DNA of 64,000 nucleotides from contig NC_047079.1 of the NCBI RefSeq assembly GCF_902459465.1, forward strand, positions 5,456,001 through 5,520,000. The letters run 5' to 3'. Positions 1-12,900 of this stretch are shown in pieces; the first letter of the stretch is position 1; each line of letters opens with the position of its first letter. The DNA comes from Asterias rubens. Its lineage: Eukaryota. The translations under genes were made by a program, and so were the position numbers. The notes below the pieces were generated by a model that worked only from the letters and a program-made list of their open reading frames with translations, searched no databases and was not told the origin of the DNA.

Positions 1-3000
1 AGGCTTTAGCTTTGTGAATATTTCTCGAAAAAAGTTACAAGGCTTTAGCTTTGTGAATTTTTCTCAAAAAAAGGTACAAGGCTATAGCCTTGTGAACTTT
101 TCGTTAAAAAAGTTACAAGGCTATAGCCTTGTGAACTTTTCTTTAAAAAAGTAACAAGGCTATAGCTTTGTAAATTTTTCTCAAAAAAAGTTACAAGTGA
201 ATATTTCTCAAAAAAAGTCACAAGGCTATAGCCTTGTGAATATTTCTCAAAAAAAGTCACAAGGCTTTAGCTTTGTGAATTTTTCTCAAAAAAAGTTACA
301 AGGCTATAACAGCCTTGTGAATTTTTCTCAAAAAAGTTACAAGGCCTTGTGAATTTTTCTCAAAAAAAGTTACAAGGCTATAGCCTTGTGAACTTTTCTT
401 TAAAAAAGTTACAAGGCTATAGCCTTGTGAATATTTCTCCAAAAAAGTCACAAGGCTATAGCCTTGTGAATATTTCTCCAAAAAAGTCACAAGGCCTTGT
501 GAATTTTCCTCAAAAAAAGTTACAAGCCTTGTGAATTTTTCTCAACAAAAGTTACAAGCCTTGTGAATTTTTCTCAACAAAAGTTACAAGGCTATAGCTT
601 TGTGAATTTTCCTCAAAAAAGTTACAAGGCCTTGTGAATTTTTCTCAAAAAAAGTTATAAGGCCTTGTAAATAATTCTCCAAAAAAGTTACAAGGCTAAA
701 AAAAAGTAATAAGGCTATAGCCTTGTGAATTTTTCTCAAAAAAAGTAACAAGGCTATAGCCTTGTGAATATTTCTCCAAAAAAGTCACAAGGCTATAGCC
801 TTGTGAATTTTTCTCAAAAAAAGTTACAAGGCTATAGCCTTGTGAATATTTCTCAGAAAAAGTCACAAGGCTATAGCCTTGTGAATATTTCTCCAAAAAA
901 GTCACAAGGCCTTGTGAATTTTTCTCAAAAAAAGTTACAAGGCTATAGCCTTGTGAATATTTCTCAAAAAAAGTCACAAGGCTATAGCCTTGTGAATTTT
1001 TCTTTAAAAAAGTTACAAGGCTATAGCCTTGTGAATATTTCTCAAAACAAGTCACAAGCCTTTAGCTTTGTGAATATTTCTCAAAAAAAGTTACAAGGCT
1101 ATAGCTTTGTAAATTTTTCTCAAAAAAAGTTACAAGTGAATATTTCTCAAAAAAAGTCACAAGGCTTTAGCTTTGTGAATATTTCTCAAAAAAAGTTACA
1201 AGGCTTTAGCTTTGTGAATTTTTCTCAAAAAAAGGTACAAGGCTATAGCCTTGTGAACTTTTCGTTAAAAAAGTTACAAGGCTATAGCCTTGTGAACTTT
1301 TCTTTAAAAAAGTAACAAGGCTATAGCTTTGTAAATTTTTCTCAAAAAAAGTTACAAGTGAATATTTCTCAAAAACAGTCACAAGGCTTTAGCTTTGTGA
1401 ATTTTTCTCAAAAAAAGTTACAAGGCTATAACAGCCTTGTGAATTTTTCTCAAAAAAGTTACAAGGCCTTGTGAATTTTTCTCAAAAAAAGTTACAAGGC
1501 TATAGCCTTGTGAACTTTTCTTTAAAAAAGTTACAAGGCTATAGCCTTGTGAATATTTCTCCAAAAAAGTCACAAGGCTATAGCCTTGTGAATATTTCTC
1601 CAAAAAAGTCACAAGGCCTTGTGAATTTTTCTCAAAAAAAGTTACAAGGCTATAGCCTTGTGAATATTTCTCAAAAAAAGTCACAAGGCTATAGCCTTGT
1701 GAATTTTTCTTTAAAAAAGTTACAAGGCTATATATAGCCTTGTGAATATTTCTCAAAAAAAGTCACAAGGCTATAGCTTTGTGAATTTTTCTCAAAAAAA
1801 GTTACAAGGCTATAGCCTTGTGAATTTTTCTAAAAAAAGTTACAAGGCTATAACAGCCTTGTGAATTTTTCTCAAAAAAGTTACAAGGCCTTGTGAATAT
1901 TTCTCAAAAAAAGTCACAAGGCTTTAGCTTTGTGAATTTTTCTCAAAAAAGTCACAAGGCTATAGCCTTGTGAATATTTCTCAAAAAAGTCACAAGCCTT
2001 TAGCTTTGTGAATATTTCTCAAAAAAAGTCACAAGGCTTTAGCCTTGTGAATTTTTCTCAAAAAAAGTTACAAGGCCATAGCCTTGTGAATATTTCTCAA
2101 AAAAGTCACAAGGCTTTAGCTTTGTGAATTTTTCTTAAAAAAAGTTATAGCCTTGTGAATATTTCTCAAAAAAAGTCACAAGCCTTTAGCTTTGTGAATA
2201 TTTCTCAAAAAAAGTCACAAGGCTTTAGCTTTGTAAATTTTTCTCAAAAAAAGTTACAAGGCTATAGCCTTGTGAATATTTCTCAAAAAAAGTCACAAGG
2301 CCTTGTGAATATTTCTCAAAAAAAGTCACAAGGCTTTAGCTTTGTAAATTTTTCTCAAAAAAAGTTACAAGGTTATAGCCTTGTGAATATTTCTCCAAAA
2401 AAGTCACAAGGCCTTGTGAATATTTCTCAAAAAAAGTCACAAGGCTATAGCCTTGTGAATATTTCTCAAAAAAATCACAAGGCTATAGCCTTGTGAATAT
2501 TTCTCAAAAAAAGTCACAAGGCTTTAGCTTTGTGAATTTTTCTCAAAAAAAGTTACAAGGCTATAACAGCCTTGTGAATTTTTCTCAAAAAAGTTACAAG
2601 GCCTTGTGAATTTTTCTTTAAAAAAGTTACAAGGCTATATATAGCCTTGTGAATATTTCTCAAAAAAAGTCACAAGGCTTTGTGAATTTTTCTCAAAAAA
2701 ACTTACAAGGCTATAGCCTTGTGAATTTTTCTCAAAAAAGTTACAAGGCTATAACAGCCTTGTGAATTTTTCTCAAAAAAGTTACAAGGCCTTGTGAATT
2801 TTTCTCAAAAAAAGTTACAAGGCTATAGCCTTGTGAACTTTTCTTTAAAAAAGTTACAAGGCTATAGCCTTGTGAATATTTCTCAAAACAAGTCACAAGC
2901 CTTCAGCTTTGTGAATATTTCTCAAAAAAAGTTACAAGGCTATAGCTTTGTAAATTTTTCTCAAAAAAAGTTACAAGGCTATAGCCTTGTGAATATTTCT

Positions 3001-3720
3001 CAAAAAAAGTCACAAGGCTATAGCATTGTGAATATTTCTCAAAAAAAGTCACAAGGCTATAGCCTTGTGAATATTTCTCAAAAAAAGTCACAAGGCTTTA
3101 GCTTTGTGAATATTTCTCAAAAAAAGTTACAAGGCTTTAGCTTTGTGAATTTTTCTCAAAAAAAGTTACAAGGCTATAGCCTTGTGAATTTTTCTCAAAA
3201 AAGGTTACAAGGCTATAACAGCCTTGTGAATTTTTCTCAAAAAAGTTACAAGGCCTTGTGAATTTTTCTCAAAAAAAGTTACAAGGCTATAACCTTGTGA
3301 ACTTTTCTTTTTCCTTGTGAATATTTCTCCAAAAAAGTCACAAGGCTATAGCCTTGTGAATATTTCTCCAAAAAAGTCTATAGCCTCACAAGGCTATAGC
3401 CTTGTGAATTTTTCTCCAAAAAAGTTACAAGGCTATAGCCTTGTGAATATTTCTCAAAAAAAGTCACAAGCCTTTAGCTTTGTGAATATTTCTCAAAAAA
3501 AGTCACAAGGCTTTAGCTTTGTAAATTTTTCTCAAAAAAGTCACAAGGCTATATGCCTTGTGAATTTGTCTTTAAAAAAGTTACAAGGCTATCTCAAAAA
3601 AAGTTACAAGGCTATAATAGCCTTGTGAATTTTTCTCAAAAAAAGTTACAAGCCTTGTGAATTTTTCTCAAAATAAATTTGCAATGCCTTGTGAATTTTT
3701 CTCAAAAAAGTTACAAGGCT
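1..3720. repeat. Tandem satellite, ~39-bp monomer GGCTATAGCCTTGTGAAT(A/T)TTTCTCAAAAAAAGT(C/T)ACAA; truncated by window start
   Basis: Continuous head-to-tail monomers, roughly 95-100 by length. Shorter variants (ACAAGGCCTTGTGA) and insertion variants (TATAACAGCC, TATATAGCC) occur. All ORF-track entries here are repetitive translations. Confidence 0.97.
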
Positions 3721-3842
3721 AAAATTTATAAAACTGTTTGTTTGTATAAACAAATAAAACCAGATAAAATACCAAATACTTTGGTGTGTATATAGATGGT
3801 TCAAATGAACTAAAATTAGAGTAAATATGTGCAAAGAGTTAG

Positions 3843-4265
3843 TCAGAGTGACGACCAGGCGTTCAGGGGACTCAAAGTCTGGCCGAAACCAGCGTGGTGA
3901 TCACCCATTAGAACCCTTATAGGACTTGCCGTCCCGGTCCCTCCTTTACTCTCCCACACGGTAAATTCATCCACACCTAATTTGGGGATAGACATGACGG
4001 ACCCCAATCCATTACTGGTGCAAGCAGTAAAAGTCATGTCCCTCTTGGTACGGGTAGGATTCGAACCGGTGTCCCAGCTCTGGATTGCACGCATTGGAAC
4101 TATCCAGTGCACCGTGTCGCCACAGTGCCCGTTGGTGTTTGGTGATGATTTTAATACTACTTAAATAATTCATTCCATGCGTCCAAGCAAAATAGGAAAA
4201 AAACACACATGGGATTCGAACCCGGGTCTACCAGCTCCCGGTCCAATGCGTATTGAGTCTAGCTA
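3843..4265 (-). mobile_element. tRNA-derived SINE-like element with two tandem heads
   Basis: Two B-box-containing heads on the - strand (GGTTCGAATCC near 4060 and 4215) share GAGCTGG..ACC(G)GGTTCGAATCC. A GC-richer body follows. No complete cloverleaf is visible. Confidence 0.5.
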
Positions 4266-4544
4266 CAACACTACCTGCTATTATAAGAGGAACATTTATA
4301 GTGAAATACGTTTAAAACAGACATAGTTTAACACGCCGCTATAAAGATGGGGTTATTAAATACAATTGTTTATTAGAATTAAAACACATTTAGAAAAATG
4401 TATTACTGATAAATCGTTGTCAACTGTAGGCCTAAGGCTATGACGAGGCTATAAAACAAATGCCCTGGCCAGACCGCCGACAGTTCCAAATTGAGCACAG
4501 GTGTCCCCGGAAGTAGCAATACAATATTTGAAGTACAACATTTT

Positions 4545-5060
4545 GGCCTTGTGATATTTTCAATTCTCAGCCTAAAATTGATAAAACTCAGCTTGACCCT
4601 TGTTATTTTTTAATTTCCACCTAAATTTGATAAAACTGCGTGATTTGTGATTTTTTCAACATTTGGCCTAAATTTGATCAAACTGCTGGACTTACCCCTT
4701 GTGACTTTTCAATTTTTGGGCCTTAAATTAATAAAACTGCTGGACTGCAAGGTCACCCTTGTGACTTTTCCCATTTTGGGGCCTTAAATTAATAACACTG
4801 CGGGACTTACCCCTAGTGACTTTTGTCTAAATTTGATAAAACTGCTGGACTTACCCTTGTGATTTTTTCAACTTTTGGTCTTAAATTGATAAATTGCTAG
4901 ACTTACCCCTCGTGATTTTTTTTTATTTTTGGACTAAAATTGGTAAAACTGCTGGACTAACCCCTTGTGAGTTTTTAAAATATCGGCCTAAAATTTATAA
5001 AACTGCTAAACTTTCCCCTTGTAGTTTATTTTTGATTTTTGGCGATCAAAAATGTGAGTC
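4545..5060. repeat. Degenerate tandem array, ~55-bp unit CCTTGTGATTTTTCAATTTTTGGCCTAAATTTGATAAAACTGCTGGACTTACC
   Basis: About 9 diverged copies with recurring CCTTGTGA(T/C)TTTT and GATAAAACTGC motifs. Confidence 0.8.
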
Positions 5061-5902
5061 AGTAGGCAAATTTGATAGGAATGCAAGGCTTTCCCTCACG
5101 ATTTTTATTTCTCAAAGTAGATCCATAAAAATTTTAGTTTACATTGAATTTAATGGTATCACTCTTCCAGCGCATTGAATTTTGTAAAATGCGCTTTATA
5201 AGTCTCGTTTATTATTATTACATGTATTGTTATTATTAGACCCTCTTTAGAACAACAAAACCAAATTGTTTTGATTAAGTTTTTGCAAAATATTAAGTTA
5301 TGTACGATGTGACCTGTGACATCAAATGTTTACAAAAGGGCCACAGAGCATGGACACCCTGCATGCACGATTTGTACACAGCCCCAATGGAAGAAAACAT
5401 CAAATCTTATATTTTATGGAGATTGCACTATCCAATTTTTGTCAACTTTGATATGATGATAGGGGGCACATCTCAAACCTTTCAATTTTTTTTACTTTCA
5501 TATCTCTTGGGTTTATGTGGAAATCTTTACACAAAATGTCAATTTTCCTATATGACCAGTGTAGTATCTTGCCTGCCAGAATACCCAAAGAATGTACAAG
5601 GTTACACTTATTGTAAACAAAGTTCACATGGTCTACAAGCTTTTCATAAACGTCCATTGTAATTCAATATGAACATTCCTAGCTGAGACGGGGGTCCCTG
5701 ACATCAGCGTGGCAACTTTTGCAGGCAATTTGGAGGCAACCAACTGCAGTGCATGCTATCGAAAGTCTTCGGTAGCACAAAAGTAATCTTTAAGACAATC
5801 ATTTACGATTCCCAACAAAAAAATGTGTGAACAATCAAATGTGTTTTTACCCATGGTTGTACCTGCAAGTTTGCTATTAATATTTATGTTTATAGTTGCT
5901 CT

Positions 5903-6288
5903 TTAAAGGCAGTGGACACTATTGGTAATTACTCAAAATAATTATCATCATAAAACCTTTCTTGATTACCAGTAATGGGGAGAGGTTGACAGTATAAAAC
6001 ATTGTGAGAAACAGCTCCCTCTGAAGTGACGTAGTTTTTGAGAAAGAAGTAATTTTCCACGAATTTGATTTTGAGACCTCAAGTTTAGAACTTGATGTCT
6101 CGAAATCAAGCATCTAAAAGCACACAACTTTGTGTGACAAGGGTGTTTTTTCTTTCATAGTTATCTCGCAACTCCGACGACCAATCGAGCTCAAATTTCC
6201 ACAGGTTTGTTATGTTATGCATATGTGGAGATACACCAAGTGAGAAGACTGGTCTTTGACAACTACCAATAGTGTCTACTGTCTTTAA
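5903..6288 (+). mobile_element. Non-autonomous DNA transposon, family A (Kolobok-like MITE), full copy
   Basis: TTAA on both sides; TIR AGGCAGTGGACACTATTGGTAATT / AACTACCAATAGTGTCTACTGTCT. TTAA target with purine-purine termini matches the Kolobok superfamily. About 10 copies or fragments in the window. Confidence 0.85.
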
Positions 6289-6419
6289 ATGTGAATCCAT
6301 TTTCTTCTATGAAACTGGTTGACTGAAAATAGCCTCGTTTGACATGGCCCAAAATTAATAGTACCATAGATAGTTATTTTCCTTACACAATTCATGTTTA
6401 TGTTTACCAACACTCACAG

Positions 6420-6694
6420 GAACACCCTTAAACTAAAATTATCAGGATTTACTTGGTAACAAGCAACTGAGAGTTGTTGATAGTAACACAAATTATGAGA
6501 AATGGCTCCCTCTGAAGTAACCTCGAGACCTCAGAATTAGATATTGATGTCCCGAAATCAAGCATCTGAAGTTACACAACTTCGTGTGACAAGGGTGTTC
6601 AAATTTTCACGTTTTTTTTTATGCATTTATGTTGAGATACACCAAGTGAGAAGACTGGTTTTTGACAATTAACAATAGTGTCCAGTGTCTTTAA
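6420..6694 (+). mobile_element. Family A MITE, partial copy just 3' of the BMS1 stop codon
   Basis: Homologous to 5903-6288. Retains the right TIR ...CAATAGTGTCCAGTGTCT-TTAA. Confidence 0.75.
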
Positions 6695-6728
6695 GGTATC
6701 AAACCCAAGATTTTGTTTCAGGAGCTCC

Positions 6729-6903
6729 TTAGTCTCGATTTTTCCCTCTCTCTTTCCTCTTTTGCATTTTGCCGAGGGCTCGGTATAATTCTTGCTTTGC
6801 CTGCTTCTGTCGTGTGTCCCTTTGCTGTTCGATTTCATTGACCTGTGAAAAAAAGAAAACCCCAAAACAGACCGATCAGGACACATGAAGATTTTGTAAG
6901 GCC

Positions 6904-6949
<46 letters not shown>

Positions 6950-9900
6950 TATGCTTTATCACAGCCCGAAGGGTGCTCAAAGCGCTTCCAACATTATTCC
7001 CCAAGGTCACTGGGCCTTCAATCATTCCTTAAACCATCTCAGCTCCCTGCGGAGTAAACAGCCGGTGCTGCGAGTTACTGCACTCCAAGTTAATCATTAA
7101 AATAAACCATCTCTGCCCTCACAGGTACCCTTTTTACCCCTGGGTAGAAAGTGTCTTGCTCAAGGACACAAGTGTCACGGGCCTAGTCACGGGTACCTTC
7201 TTCTTTTTCCGTTTTGAACGCAGCCTTCATGATCAAAGATAAACGCACTGCAGACACACCGGGGCAAACCCCTTCTCTTTGCGATATGTGTGTACTGGGG
7301 TCAAAATAATTATTAGCATAAAAACTTACTTGGTACTGAGTAATGGGGAGAGGTTGATAAAACATTGTGAGAAATGGCTCCCTCTGAAGTGAAGTAGTTT
7401 TTGAGAAAGAAGTATTTTTCCACGAATTTGGTTTCGAGACCTCAGATTTAGAATTTGAGGTTTTGAAATAAAGCATCTGAAAGCACACAACTTTGTGTGA
7501 CAAGGGTGTTTTTTCTTTCATGATTATCTCCCATCTTCGACGACCGGTTGAGCTGAAATTTTCACAGGTTTGTTATTTTATGCATTTGTTGAGGTACACA
7601 AAGTGAGAACACTGGTCTTTGACAATTACCAATTGTGTTCAGTGTCTTGAAGGTCCCAGTGTCACGACCCACACTAAAACCCACACGCTGCTGCTAAGGG
7701 CCCAATTTCATGGCTCTGCTTACCGAAGAACAGAATAGGCGCTTACGGAAGCAGGGAATTCTGTACTTACGACAAGCGCGTACGTACTCCATGCTACTGG
7801 GCATTCGACGTTATAAGGCTAGCGCAGAAATCTGGTTCTTGCAGGTAAGCGGGGAATTGTGATCGTAAGCGCAGAATACAGCAATAAGCAGAGCCATGAG
7901 ATTTGGCCCGGATACGCAGTTGCGTAAAGTTTTGTGAAATTGTCTGCAGGACTCTAAACATTTTTGGGTGTCGTGGCCGAGCAGTTAAGAGTCCACTTGT
8001 ACAATGTTTATTGCATAGAGTTGAGCCATAAACGTTGCGCAAGTGGACTTGCGCAGTTGCGTAAAGTTTCGTGAATTCGGCTGCTTACCTTCTTTCTGTG
8101 GATCTTGACTCTTTTCACCATGGCCTGCTTTTCGTTCCGCTGTCTTTCCTTGTACAGTGTACTGAGTTGACTCATTAGGGATGCAACCTGGGAACAGTAT
8201 CAGAGTTCAAGATCATTTCACCACTGGGGTTTTACACTGAGTTTATTGTAAAGTCAGGTCCTCAATAAATCTATACATTTTATTATTTTATTTCCTTTCC
8301 TGTTACAAAAAAACAATATGATTGTCAGCCAAAAAATGTTTTATCCTTTCGAACCCAAATCTCATACTTTGGGCAAGCCTCATATACAGGGATGTGATAG
8401 GTTGTTGAAAAAAAAAATTAACTATGAGTGTTCCATGTGGCTTTATCTTAATTTTCTTCTGAGTTTGATCTAAATTATAAAATAAATGTAAAAAAAAAAA
8501 GGATTTCCAGTTAAAAAAGAAGAAAAAACATCCCTGTATATAAAAGACTCTTCAATTCTCGTACCTTCTTCTCTTCCGGCTCCAGCACGACACCTCTGTA
8601 ATTCTTGCCTCCACCACCTCTCTGTTTTGCTTTCTTTCCCACTTTCTTGGGTTTATCTTTAAAGGGTAGTGCCCTTTGTAGGGCTCGAGGAATACGCAAC
8701 GCACTGAAGTGATGAATCTTTCTCTCTGTAGGCTACGAAAAAAAAAAAAAAAATTCAAAATATTCTGATAAAACATACCAATTTAAAAATTAAAGACCTA
8801 TCCTTTAAAACAAAATCCTCGAGTTGAGCTTTGTCCTTGAGGGTTTTTCTCAAAATCCTCCCTATTCCCAAAAGCCCTGCCGTCTGCAACAGATACATCC
8901 TCACATTCATCGCTATTTCGTCTAGATGTTTCCCTATTTAAATTATTGAAGACCTTTATCATGGTGCAGCCATCTTGAATTTCTCCCGTAGGTATCAACA
9001 GTACAAAACCGAGGCTGGAAGAACAAAATAGTCTGGTTCCTATTTGCAAAATGATTATTAGCATTCATTAATTTTATTCGATACTAGGAACATGGCCAAG
9101 ATGGAGGTCTTTTGCACCTTGTAGAGTGAATCCTGATTGGCCACCAGCTTGATGTTCTTATCTTTCCTGATCTGGCCGACAGTCCTCATCCCCGTCCAAG
9201 TGTCCTTCTCGTCTTTCGGCAGAAGTAACGTCGTCACCGGATTGTAGAACTTTGGAATCTCCACGGGTACCCATGTTCTCATAAAGATGATATCTACAAA
9301 GAAACGATGACGTCAAAAACACCAAGAAATGCAAGAGAACAAAAATGAGAAAGGGAGGTTTACAGTCAAGTTGCTTAAGTTGCTAGTTGTAAATACATCA
9401 GTACATTTTATTTCAAAAACAATTTTAAACCATCATTTAGGTTATTTATCAGACAGGAAGTTGCCAATATAAAATGAAATAAATTTGGGGGCATTTAATT
9501 GTACAGAAAAAAAAAATAACGTTGAAAATTTAACCCCTGACAAGCCCAGTTCATACTTCCTGCGAATGCGATACGAATGTTGACATCACATAGTCGCAAT
9601 GAATTATTCGCAGCAGTTGAACTGTGCTCAACTTTCGCTGCAAAAGCAGAGTTGTGACGTCAAATTCATGTCAAATTCGCATTCGCATTGGCAGGAAGTA
9701 CATATGAATCAGGCTTCAGTCTGTTTTGGCTTGTTTCTTCATACTGATAATTCCGAGAAATTACTCATTTGCTTAATCTTATCACAATTAATGTAAACTG
9801 AACCACAATGGAGTGGATCTCCAGAACAAGCAAACTAAACAAATAAAATTAAAAAAATTAAAAATAAATAAACAATTATTTAAAATTCACCACTGTCTTA

Positions 9901-12900
9901 CCACTCATCAGCAATTTGTCCTCAAAGGACGCTCTGAAAGCACCCTCTGGTTTCCGTAACGCTTTCTTGATCTGGCCTCGTATGCCGCTGACACTGCGTA
10001 CCGAAGCACCCTCAAACCTTGCTACTTCCAACGGTGTGTTGAACATACCCTGCAGTTACACAAGAAAAAACAAGCGTGACTTAATTCCCTTTAAAGAAAC
10101 ACGCTGCCTTGGATAGGACGAGTTGGTCTATAAAAAGCACTTGTAACCGTTTGTTATAAAATGCATATGGTTGGAAAGATGTTTTAAGAGTAGAATACAA
10201 TGATCCACACAAATTTGCCTCGAAAATGCGTGGTTTTCCTTTTGCTTTGCGAACTAACACAGTCAAATTTGACTCCCATAAATGGCCGACCGTGTTAGTC
10301 GACGAGGTAAAAGGAAAACCATGCAATTTCAAAGCATATTTGTGTGGATCATTGTATTCTACTTTTAAAACATCTTTCCAACCATATGCATTTTATAACA
10401 AATAGTTATATTTTCAAAGACCAACTCGACCGGTCCAAGGCAACGTGTTCCTTTAATACACAGTGCTGAATGTTTTACTTATTTTGTTCTTCTTCAGAGT
10501 TAAAACATGCCTCGTAAGTGCACGGTTTCCATTTTCCGTTTCCTATTCACGGTCGGCCATTTTATTGAGTCAAAAACTTGACTCCACAAAATGGAAAACC
10601 GTGCAATTTCGAGGCATGTTTGTGTGGATCATTATTTTCTACTTTTAAAACATCTTTCTAACCATATCGATATCATAACAAATGGTTTCAAACACTTTTC
10701 AACGACCAACTCACCCGATCAAAGGCAACGTATCCCTTTAAAGACACTGGACACTATTGGTAATTGTCAAAGACTAGCCTTCACAGTTTGTGTATCTCAA
10801 CATATGCATAAAATAACAAACCTGTGAAAATTTGAGCTCAATCGGTCATCGAACTTGCGAGATAATAATGAAAGAAAAAATACCCTTGTCACACGAAGTT
10901 GTGTGCATTTAGATAGTTGTATTCAAGACCTCAAGTTCTAAACTTGAGGTCTCGAAATCAAATTCGTGGAAAATTACTTCTTTCTCGAAAACTATGGCAC
11001 TACAGAGGGAGCCATTTCTCACAATGTTTTATACCGTCAACCTCTCCACTTTACTCGTTACCAAGTAAGGTTTTATGCTAATAATTATTTTGAGTAATTA
11101 CCAATAGTGTCCACTGCCTTTAAATTATTTGGGGTTGAACAAAAATTGACTAGAGAGGTATTAATGAATACTAACACTTATGAAAGCTGTGTTTTTATGG
11201 ATCTTTAGTGGAGTCCCTGTGAGTTTCAACTTCTTGACGACGTTCAGTGATTTGTCCAGATCCAGAATGACTCCCGTCGCCGCGATTCGAAATCCCGGCT
11301 AGACAAATAATAATAAATAATCAAATACAGAAAAGTGATATACAAAGAGTCAAACTATCTGGGTCAGGCGTGATACTCCACAGAGGCATTGAAGGCGATT
11401 GGCTCCATGCCCCCTGGGCCCAATTTCATAGAGCTGCTAAGCAAAAAAATTTGCTGAGCATGAAATCTTTGCCTAGATAAAAACAGGATTACCAACCAAA
11501 TCTCCACATGATTTTTAGGATAAGCAAACATCAGCTGAATACAATGTACCTGTAACAAGCAATATGCAACAAATGGAAATTTGGTTGGTAATCCTGTTTT
11601 TATCAAGGAAGAAAATTCATGCTTAGCAAATTTTTGTGCTAAGCAACTCTATGAAATTGGGCACTGGTCATTGCCTTGGTGCCCTTGAAATGCTACAGTA
11701 TACATGTATATTTATAATTTCCTCAAAGGGTGCCATTTACCGAGGGAAATGCCTTGGTGCCCTTGCTTTTGTTAAATCGAATGGCATGATCATGGGTACA
11801 ATTTCATCAATTGTGCAAACGGCTCAAACTGTGCAGTTGAAGGGTTTAAACTTTAACTAGAAATTATTGCCAAGAGTAAATATATATAATAAAGATTTCT
11901 TTTAAGTGTTTTAGTTTTTGTTTCTAATACTGATTGATGCAGAAATTTCAGGCATCAAAATCTTAAAACTTTTACGGTAAAGTCTCTCCAAAAGTAGTTT
12001 TAAACAGGAATCAAAATCCTTACATTTCTCCCGGCCACTGACTGCACAGCCAACACTCCTGTGCCTTGTGGTGTAATCGGCCCTGAGGGTGTAAACAAAT
12101 AAAAAAGAGAGTTAGATTATTTGTATTCTTTTACCTTAAAGGCAGTGGACACTATTGGTAATTACTCAAAATAATTATTCGCATAAAACCTTACTTGGTA
12201 TTGAGTAATAGGGATAGGTTAATAGTATAAAACATTATGAGAAACGGCTACCTCTGAAGGGACGTAGTTTTCAAGAAAGAAGTAATTTTCCGCGAATTTG
12301 GTTTTGAGACCTCAGATTTAGAATTTGAGGTCTCGAAATCAAGCATCTGAAAGCACACAACTTCAAGTGACAAGGTGTTTTTTTCTTTCATTATTATCTC
12401 GCAACTTCGACGACCAATTGAGCTCAAATTTTCACAGGTTTGTAATTTAATATGCTGAGATACACTAAGTGAGAAGACTGGTCTTTGACAATTACCAATA
12501 TTGTCCAGGGTCTTTAACATACACAAAAAATTGTTTCTAAAGTTTTGACAATCTGTAAATAAATTAGTAATGTAAAAGACGCTTTACCCCAAATGCAGGC
12601 CGTGCAATGCAGATGCTCAGGGGTGTACTTGAGTAGTCTGGTCCTCATGTTATGATCTTGCATACAATACAGAGGGATGGTCTGGAAACGGCGCCACCCC
12701 ACGGAGAAGATGAGAGGATCCCTCGTCTTGAGGATGCGGCTGTGCCATCTGTGCTTCTTAAGTCTCATCTAGGGAGAGAGAACAAGTTGGATGACCAATA
12801 TAAATGATTATAAGTTTTTATACAGCGCTTTGCGTCTCAAAGCGCTTCCTGGTCACTGGGCCATTTAATTCATTCCTTAAACCATCTCAGCTTCCTGGGG

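Noticed and set aside
1-3720. CRISPR-like palindromic repeat array, and the many ORFs in it
   Set aside because: The intervening sequence is also repeated, so there are no unique spacers. There are no cas genes and the context is eukaryotic. The ORFs simply follow from the 39-bp (13-codon) period.
7183-7521. ORF as a possible BMS1 exon
   Set aside because: It lies in MITE sequence and in a repeat also present at ~21560-21650. The BMS1 model is complete and in phase without it.
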